A stretch of DNA of 64,000 nucleotides from Lytechinus pictus (lineage: Eukaryota). The stretch covers positions 18,416,001-18,480,000 of the forward strand of contig NC_087252.1 in the NCBI RefSeq assembly GCF_037042905.1, read 5' to 3'. Positions 13,726-23,700 of the stretch are shown one piece after another (positions within the stretch are counted from its first letter, which is position 1; every line of letters begins with the position of its first letter). Under the pieces are notes generated by a model. That model saw nothing but the letters and a program-made list of their open reading frames with translations, did no database searches and was not told where the DNA came from. The position numbers and the translations under genes were made by a program.

Positions 13726-14659
13726 TATGGGCGGCCAAAAGGGCCAAAATTAACAGTTCGAGAAATATATATACACTCTTGAAAATTAACTAAAATGCAG
13801 AAATATATCTAGAAATAAAGAAATTTTAGAAATAAAGATAACAAAAAATATAGAAATCGACAGAATTAAAGATAAGCGCAGAAATAAGGACAAACACAAA
13901 AACAAGACAATCTCAAAAAATAATAAATGATAAAAAAATAAAGAGATATCCATATAATTGAACACAATCGCAGAAATATAGGTTCATACAGAAATAGAGA
14001 AAGTTTGAGAAATGTAAAGACATCCACAGAATTAAATACAACTTCAGAAATATAGACAACCGCAGAAATAAAGACAACTTGAGGAAAAATAGACTCCACA
14101 TAAATAAAGACATTTTCAGAAATATAGACAGCCAGAGTAATAAAGACAACCTCAGAAATATAGACAACCTCAGATTAACTAAAGAAAACTTACAACAGAA
14201 ATAAAGGCAACTTCGGAAATAGAGATAACTGCGGAAATATAAGAAAAACGTACCACATAATTAAAGAAAACTTTGAAATTAAAAGAAATGCAGACACGAG
14301 GCAAACACAGAATTAAGCAAAGCTTCAGAGATATTAAGATAACTGCAGAAATTAGGACAACTACAGAATTAAAGGAGGCTGAGTAGATGTACAGATAACC
14401 GGAAATACAAGGACAAACACGGAATTGTTAAGAAAGCTTTGGAAATAAGGCCAACTACGGAGTTAGAGAAAACGGCAAAAATAAGGTCAAAAACTCAAAC
14501 AAACTGACAATAAAAGGACAGGAGAGGGCGTGCAGATACTAGATAACCGGAGAAACAAGGACAACCGCGGAATCGTAAAGAAAGCTTCGGAAATAGAGAA
14601 AACGGCAGAAATAAGGTCAAAAACCCAAACAAACTGACAATAAAAGGACAGGAGAGGGC
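13726..14659 (+). repeat. Left TIR (~930 bp) built of ~18-20-nt subrepeats (agaaata(a/t)agacaacc-like)
   Basis: agaaatgtaaagacatccacagaattaaatacaacttcag at 14008 is the reverse complement of the window end (1 mismatch). Confidence 0.9.
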
Positions 14660-14797
14660 TTAGTATTATGCTCAGAGTTAAGTTGCGCCATGCGCCACCA
14701 CCAGGCCGGCCATCCACGTGCAACGCGCGAATTAAGGCGTGCAATTCAACTAGCTGCTGCTGCACTGTCGAGCTGTCGTCGATCAACTCAAGTCATC

Positions 14798-17700
14798 ATG
14801 TCGGCTAGGGGGTCAATCACGGAGGAAACAGCAAGGGACCTGATTGGGGCTTTGCATTCAGTTTTGAATAGCATGCAGCCGTCGACGTCGACGACGACAC
14901 CTGCTGAGTCCTTGCCGAGGCCGTGTATTGACAGGTCCCGGCTTGCACCGCTGGCAATCACCCAAGGGCGTAGGGCAACTACCACCGCTGCCACCGGCAC
15001 TGGATCTGGGCCTCGAGGCCCGGCCCCTAGTACTAGTACTAGTACTAGTACTAGTAGTAGTACCATGATTGGCATCGCATCCAACAACGCCAACACACCA
15101 GGACCAGGTCAAGTACGCAAGTAAGTAATGACTTCAAATGTGGCATGCTTAAATATATTGAAATGCAATAAACGTTACATTTCAGGCAAATAACCATTTG
15201 TGCACCAAAAAATGGTCTAGGCAGTAGCGTAGGCACTCGTACAATGCGCAATGTACCGTATGTGCATGCCCACTCACACAAGCATGCGAGGTTAGTTGTG
15301 TCTGTCATGGTCTGTACTACTACTAGCCAGGCGGCTTCTTGAGAGTAAAAATCATTTACTAACGTAGGCTTACTCTAAACGAAGCCAGGGAGTCCTCCCT
15401 ATTCATCTGCGTGTACCGCAAAAAACCCTGAAACTTTCGCCCCCGAGATTTCTACTTTCCTTCTAAGTTCTAAAAGATCTAGCTCTAAATCATGATGTAC
15501 ATGGGATAAAACTTCATTTCCGACATTTCTACGCTCTCGTTGTTATTTTTAAACAAGAATTCATAAAAACTGAAAAAATATTGTGAAAAGACGGAAGAGA
15601 TTTGCCGCCACCTTGTTTCTTATTGTACTTCCCCAACTTTACGGACGCGAAATTTTGAAATTCATTAAATATGCTAATTTATGCGCATTTTTCAAAATTC
15701 ACAAAAAATGTTTCTTTATTTTAAAGAGGTGGGCCGATAACATAAATAATAATACACTCACTATACACGTATAAACTTCACACCGGGAGAAAGCCTTACC
15801 TTATTCTTGTTATGCACAGCTCTCAGGACGTCTGTACCTCTCGGGGGTTGAGTATGGAGTGATGTTAATGGCGTGTATACTGTATATGTATTGTGTTGTG
15901 GTTCCTCCCGCCGATGTGTCATGTGACTTGTGTCGCTTGGGTGCGTGATGTCTTCTGCTTAACTATACTATTAACCCCCTTACACTATACTTCCCCCCAC
16001 CCTAAAAAAATTGGGGGGCCTATTTCCAATATAACTTAGCATAACTTAATACTTAACATAAGGAATAACCCAACTTAACATAAAATCATAAAATATACAT
16101 CAACGTACATTTGTTTTTCCTTTTTTTTTTTTTCTTGATCATATCTTTTTCTTTCCTTTTTTCGTATTCTTTGATCTTTTTTCTTTCTTTTCTTCTTTTG
16201 TTTTCTTTTTCTTTTGAGATCTTTTTTCTTTTTCTTTTCTTCTGTAATCTTTTTATTTTCTTTTGAGATCTTTTTTTTCTTTTCTTTGTGATCTTTTTTC
16301 TTTTTCTTATTTTTTTTTCTTATTTGTTCATGACATAGATATAACATAAATACATCAATATACATTATACATCACTATCAATCATAAAACATATTCTTAC
16401 CTTGTCTCTGCCTTGTTTATGTATCTAAGTAAAAAAGTAAGCAAATATTCAAATCGATACATACATATATATATATTATTACTTATCTGATCTAATTTTC
16501 TAATTTCAACAAAAAGCATAACTCAATAAGAATTGTAAATCATAGGCGTCTATTTTCCGTATTACATATATAAAGCATAATAAACACATATAAAATACAA
16601 CTTTTGTATATAAAACAGTCTTACAATTAAGGTAAAAGGCAGAGACAGGTGCAAGGGAGCAGCATTGCCCCTTTATTTGAGGCAATACAGCTCCCTGGCG
16701 TTAATCGTCGTCTGATCGAGGAACTCTGGTAGAGGAACCCCTCGGATAGACGCCACCACCTGCCCGACATCGCCGATAAAGGCTTCTGTTTGCCAGCCGT
16801 GGCGAGGGCGGACGGGCAGGTAGGGGGCGTCTGTCTCGATCAGAAGACGATTTCCTGGAATGGACCGAATGCCAAGCCTCTTAAGCTTGGCATTCGCTCC
16901 ATTGTAGTAAGAGGCACTGCCCGTGACACCAAAGTACGCATAACGGAACGCTGACGTCCATTCGTCGACGATGTCCGGCGAACCCATGAAACAGTGCAAA
17001 TGGATGCGCTGAGCGGCCGGACACCGTCGGCGAATCGCGTCGCGCGCCAGCTTGTGCACAGCACGAGGGATCGGCTCATTGCCGGGACGAGAGCCATTGG
17101 CCCCCCGGAGATGGAGTACCAGGACTCTTCCGGTGGAGAGCCCTAGGAGCTGCTCAAAAAGCTGCTCCTGTGCCCCCCACTCGGAGTCATCCGTGGACCA
17201 ATCGAGGCCCAACTCCGACAGGCCTCTGACTCTCGGGTCGGCGAGAGCCGATCGCAGCGCCTCAAGATAGTAACGCTTCAGGCCATAGGCCTGCTTCGGG
17301 TGGATGCCCACCGCCACTGCGTAGCCTTCAGGGAGTTCATCGAATACCCTGTCGAGGAAGCCGGGGGCGGAGTATCTTACTGGATCACAGAAGTTCCATA
17401 CCCCTCCGACTACCTCGACCGGGTGTAGAGGCTGTCCCTGAAGTTCAGTTTTTCCTTTTCTTATTTTTATCCGATCGGGATGAAAGTGTGCATCGAATGC
17501 ACGCAGTGGCCGTGGGCTCTCCCCCAAAGCTTCCTCTAACATTTTTGGGGTGATTCCCCGCCCTCTTCCAATGGAGGAACACTCCACTGGATGGGGTGGT
17601 CTAGGCCAAGTGGACAGTAGTCCACGGCCACGACCAACCCCAACCGTAAGGCCTCCACTGGTCGAGGGACCGGCATTTGTTCCCGGAAGCGGGCCTTGCG

Positions 17701-20700
17701 CCAGCTTTTTTGTCTTTTTGGCACGCTTGGCCCGTTCTTTTCTACGCCTATTAAGCTCACGTTTTTTTTTAGCAAGCTCGGCCTCAGAGAACTCTTTCTT
17801 CCGAGCATCTGCCCCTGCTGGTGCAGGAGGCGGATCCTCGGAACGGGTCTCCGAGGCCTGCTGCATACATTCAATTTTTGTTGGTTCGGCTTCAGAGGGG
17901 GGCTCAGGAAGGGCCTCCTCTGGGGCCGAACCAACGTCTACCTCTATGTCGGTTAACTCCACCCCCGGTGGTAGCAGGATTTCCTCTCTCTCCATTTTCT
18001 CTCTGTATGGGAAGAGAAGAATGATGCACAAATGGGGGGAGGGGGAGAGAATTTGGGGAAGGAAAAGAAATATAAACGTGGTTATTAGACGACTTATCAT
18101 AGTACATGCATAATAATAGACGACACATTTGTTTCTAAATATTCTACCTCCTCTTAGTACAGGGGGGGCAAAACCATTTCACGTTTTCTAATCCTTCCGT
18201 CTCTGTGATACCAACGCACGCTCCGTGGTACCATTCATTGCATTCGTCGCAACATATCATCAGAGAGCCATCATCAGGCTTCCGGCAAAAACAATATAGT
18301 TTGTCTTTGCCAGGAGTCTCAATAACCGCCTTACTCTGATCCGTACACTTTTTCAAGCGGTCGTGATTGTAAGTGGCTATTGTTTTTCTGAAGGCCACTC
18401 TGTAAAGATATGGGGACCTCTTCTCTACGATGATCGCCGGCCCTTTCCAAGGGGGGTTTAACTTACGAGATTTCCCCTTGGCACAGGCCGTGTCTCTAAT
18501 GTAGACACGATCATTTACCTCGAATTCCCGAGTGTATTGTTTGATATCGTAGTCTCGTTTCATCTTGCGCTGAGCAGATTTGATTGCAGCCCTAGCTGAA
18601 ATATGAGCATTACGCATTGCACAAGTCAACTCGGCCACATATTCTTCTTTGGTCTGCTCTTGAGCGGGTTGAGGAACAGAGAATACGAGATCAGAGGGTA
18701 GATTAACCTCCCGACCCAGCATTAGCTTGTTAGGGGTAAATCCAGTTGTACGATTTACAGAGGAGCGGATAGCACCTGCGATCTGCTGGAGATGCCTGTC
18801 CCAGTCCCTTTGTGACTTTGAGACGTAGCATCGCACTGCATCCATCACGGTCCTATTCGCCCTCTCAACTTGAGAATTTGCTTGGGGGCGGAATGCGGTC
18901 GTTTTTGACTTGTGAATATCAAGGACACGGCACATGTCCTTGAAAAGTGTACTCTCAAAATTTCTGCCCTGATCCGTGAAGATTTGAAATGGATATCCAA
19001 ACCGGCAGAAAAAACTGCTCACTGCTGCATGAGCTGTCATCTCTGCGGTTTGGGAAGGCAAAGGTACGCATTCCACCCATTTAGTAAATTGATCTACCAT
19101 AACCAGGATGTTTTCATTACCATTTGTTGTCTTTGGTAGTGGGCCCATGAAGTCAAGATGGACACGTTCCATGGGGGCGCTCGCATGAAAACTTTTCATA
19201 GGATGCCTCCCAGGGCGGGTCGCTTTCTTGTTCTGATTGCAAGTTGCACACCTGGCTATGTAAATGCGAATATCTTCTGACATGCGATACCAATAATACT
19301 TGGACTTTAGCTTAGCCCGAGTGCGATTGATTCCAGCATGCCCTGCTGAAGGAGGGTCATGATTCAGCCGAATGATGTCATGCCGTAGTGATTCTGGAAT
19401 CACTATAACATCACCTACATCCTTCTTCATCCAGATAACTCCTTCTTTGAAGTAGAAGAGTTCTCTGTTCGTCCACAAGAACTTTCCCTCTGGCGGGAGG
19501 AGAAACAGAGTCCCTTCATCCAGTTCTTTCTTGTTGGTTAACCACTCACGGAGGGGCACGAGAACCTGGTTTTTTTCTTGCTCTTGCTTGACTAAATTGT
19601 CAGAAGGCGGTTCCTCTGCCACCTCAGTTGGGTCAACTGAGATACTTCGGATCTCAAATGAGTTGGCCTTGTTGAACAATATTTCCATGTGCGTGACAGG
19701 GAAAGTTTCTTCAACAGCCACATTCGAGACCCTTTGGCTTTGACTTAATGGCACAACATCATCGACACAGTCGACAAAGTGTGCCCATTCTTTGTGTCTC
19801 TTGGTACAATATGAACACCCACCACACGGCAAATCCTGTAGTCGCACACCATGCTCATACCCTTCACACACTGATTCTGTATCAGGAATGCGCGAAAGAG
19901 AATCTGCATTAGAGTGGCGCCTACCGGGCCGGTGTTCGATTTTCATATTGTACTGCCCTAACTCCTCCAGCCAGCGAGACAGCTGTCCTGTCGGCGTTTT
20001 GAAGTTGAGCAGCCATGTTAGGCTGCCATGATCCGTTCTGACAGTAAATGGCCTACCTAAAAGGTAATGCCTATACTGTCTGCAAAATAACACCAACGCT
20101 AAGAGCTCGCGGCGAGTGACACAATAGTTCCTTTGTTGAGGAGAAAGAGACAAGCTGCCATAAGCTATGACCTTCTCCTCACCATTTTGAACCTGTAGCA
20201 GCTCTGCTCCAATCGCTGTGCTAGACGCATCCGTATCTAGGATGAACGGGTCATGTGCGTTTGGAAGTGTGAGCACAGGGGCTGAGGTTAATAGAGCTTT
20301 GATTTGTTCGAATGCCTCCTGATGAAACTCTGTCCAACTGAAAGCATGATTGCCTGTAAGCTCATACAATGGCCCAGCCACCCGTGCATAATCTTTCATA
20401 AACACCCTGTGATAGTTGGCCAACCCTAAAAACTGCTCTACTTCTTTAGTGGAAGTAGGAGTGGGCCAATCCACTACCCTTTGGATGTTTTCTTCTGGTA
20501 GATGCAAGCCTGTAGCATCCACTTCCCTACCCAAGAACTCCACCTTTCGTTGAAACAAGGCACACTTCTTGGGTTTCAATTTGAGTCTGTAGTCCTTGAA
20601 ACGCCTCAGGACTGCCTCTAGATTCTTGATGTGGTCTGGAAATGATTTACCCAATACCAGGATATCATCCAAGAATGCAAGAGCCACGTCCCATGTGAGA

Positions 20701-23700
20701 CCTCTCAGGACTAAGTTCATCACACGTTGGAAGGTGGCCGGTGCATTGCACAGGCCAAATCCCATGCGGACGAACTCATACAGCCCATGTTTTGTAACGA
20801 AGGCTGTTTTGTCCCTATCTGCTTCGTTTACCTTGATTTGCCAATAAGCTGCGTTGGCATCAAGTTTGGAAAACCACTTGTTGCCTGCTAAAGTATCAAG
20901 GCATTCTTCAATACATGGTAAGGGGTAGACGTCCTTTTTGGTGACATTGTTTAACTTGCGGTAATCAATGCACCATCGGACTCCTCCATCCTTTTTCCTC
21001 ACTAACACAGGGGGCGATGCCCATTCAGACATAGACGGCTGGATAACTCCAGCGGCGAGCATCTTGTCGAGATGTGCCTGCTCCTCCTGAATGAAATTCA
21101 GGGGGGTCCGCCTCATCTTTTGTTTTATGGGCCTCGCATCACCCGTGTCTATGCTATGAGTTACCTCGTTGAAACCACCAAGGTCAAACTCATCTTTTGC
21201 GAACACTGATTGATATTTTAGTAGCAGCCCTCTCAACTCCTCCTGTTCCTCTGGGGCCAGCCCCTCATTAGAGCGGCCCCAAAGGTCCAGAAGGTGAGGA
21301 GGTATGTCTGAGTCCGAAGCTTTTACAGTGTTAATACTCCTAACTGTGACATCCTCTGAGGGTTCTATTTCAGGTTCTATCACCGAGACTTGATAAGCTT
21401 TCCCAATCATATCACCCCTTCGTAACTTGTAGGTCATATCAGAGGAATTTATCAGGAAAACTTCTGTATCTTTCTTACTTTCATGAAGGCTCCGGGGTAT
21501 AAGAACAGGTATGGGTAGGAAAGGCAAAGGTTCCACCAGGAATGGGCTAGAATTAAGTGCCACCGAACACTTAACCCTTCGAACCGAACACGGAGGAACA
21601 CAGACGCCCTTATCTACACACACCTCTGCCGTACTCCCCGAATCTTCGCGTTGGATTATTGGTAGGTTTTCACCGTTCAAAGTTAGGATAGCATTTGGAA
21701 TGCTAATATTGGCATTGTGTTTTCTTAACAGATCAACGCCAAACAACATCTCATCTGCTATCGGAGCTACGTGAATCTCCTCGTTGAGTATTTGGTTACC
21801 CAGCTGGAGCTTGATAGGTCCTATCACAATGCCGTCCATTGTCATGTCTCGGCCAGCCCCCTTAAGAACTACACGCTTAAGGATCGGCGGCCGAGGCTGG
21901 AGGCGATGGAAAAGCCTATCAGATATAATGGTGACAGCTGCCGCAGTGTCCAAAACGGATGTAATGGGCTCCTTGCTAACTGCCAACTCAACACTCAATG
22001 TTGAAGTAGACACAATTCTACAGATGACTTCTTCAACCTCTTGATCTTTAACATCACCAGAAATGTCTGGTGGCCATGGCGGATTCCTCCAAGGGTGCTC
22101 AGTTACCTTAGAGAATTTCGGGCTCCCTGGGCTTGCTTGTGAGTCCGGTGCCCGTTGGTTCCCACGGTCTTGTGGCATTAGGCTGCCCTTTAATGGAATG
22201 GGGATGGCGGGGGAGGGGATCTCTGATCGGATCGGGGACTCCCCATCTCCGCCGATCCCTGTCCATTTCCCTCCTCCTCGAAGGTTACAGCCCTTACTTG
22301 TCTACTGTTCACAGGCGATCTTCCCATGGGGCAGGCCCTGCTGAAATGGCCTTCTTCCCCACAGTTGAAACAGCCTGTGAAGTTTCGCTGACGATCAGTT
22401 GTAGTTGGCGAAGGGCCAAAAAATGGCCTTCGGCCTCCTACTGACCGATCTGGTGTCAAATTTGAGTTAAACCTCGGCCTGTCTGGCGTACCTGGAGCCC
22501 GACCATAGGTATACTTTGGTCTGTCCGGGGTACCAGGAACTCGGCCGGAGGTGTATTTCTGCCTGTCAGGTGTACGGTCTGAGGGGTACCTCGACCGGCC
22601 TCCCGACACCGACAAGAGTTCCTTTGTGCTTCTAGATAGATCCGTGATCGCAGCGACCATCGAATCCATCTTGGATGCCCATACTGCATTTTGGGCTTCC
22701 AGAGCACTTAGTCTAGCCTCAAGGCTAGAATTTCCCTTCTTGGCAGCCTCTGGGGGAGACAACTTTTGCACCCTTAGGTCACTATCGCCATCTCCCATCG
22801 AGAGCTGCCTTACCTCTTTTCTCGACCTAGGGCCATGCGTATGCATGGTCTTCTGGGTAAACTGAAACCATTTGTACTTAGTCATGGCTTCATCTAAGGT
22901 CCCAGGCCGAGAAGTCAGGACATGATGCCCTGCATCTTTGTCTTGGGCACCTTGGCAGAACCTTGCCACTACAAGTTCTTGAACGAACTTGTCGGGAAGG
23001 CCTACAAAGGCCTGACCTGCAAGGGTCATAAGCCTATCTGCCCACTTGATGATGTCTTCATCCGAGCGTTGAAAAGCCGATTGAAATTGCATCCGAGTAA
23101 CTTCCGGCTCATCCTGGAGAGCGAACCGCTTCTCCAACTTGGTAACCAAGTCAGAGAAGGCGATATTTGGGTTGCTCTCCTGAATGAGAGCCATGAACTT
23201 ACTAGCTTCGGCCTCCAACGCCAGACACAGCTGATATTTCTTGTCTGCATCAGACATGCCGTGTCTTTCGGTGTATAGTTGGAACTTTGAATAGAAGGCC
23301 GCCCAACTTCCTTTGCCGTCGAACGAAATAGTCTTCGGCAAAGAGGTTGGTCTAGAAGGGGGCCTTCTGTCGTCATACTCCGGTACCACAGGTCTTGAGG
23401 CCGAAGTAAGTCTGGTGACGCGGGGCGGCTGATTTCTTGTTGACAGCCCCCTGTATCCAGGGCTTACTGATGGCCTTGTGGTGTCTCTATGTTCACTGTA
23501 TACTGGGCCTCCCTGTCCATCTCCTTGAGGTCCAGCGCCTTGATACACAGGGTTGCTACCCCTATATTGCAAGTCACATGGTCCTTGGGGAGAGGTTTGC
23601 GGGGCCACAGTGTTAGGATAGTGTGGCGGATATCTGCCTCCAGCCCATGGTGGGCAATACCCACCGTAGGCGGCAGCAGGGTTGCAGTATGGAGGAGCTG

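Noticed and set aside
13790..14659. TIR subrepeats as CRISPR array or coding ORFs (13866-14167, 63564-63929)
   Set aside because: Degenerate short tandem units mirrored at both element ends; the ORFs are repeat translations
16075..16365. Lys-rich 96-aa ORF as a fourth Gypsy gene
   Set aside because: Translation of a low-complexity A-rich 3' UTR tract; no domain
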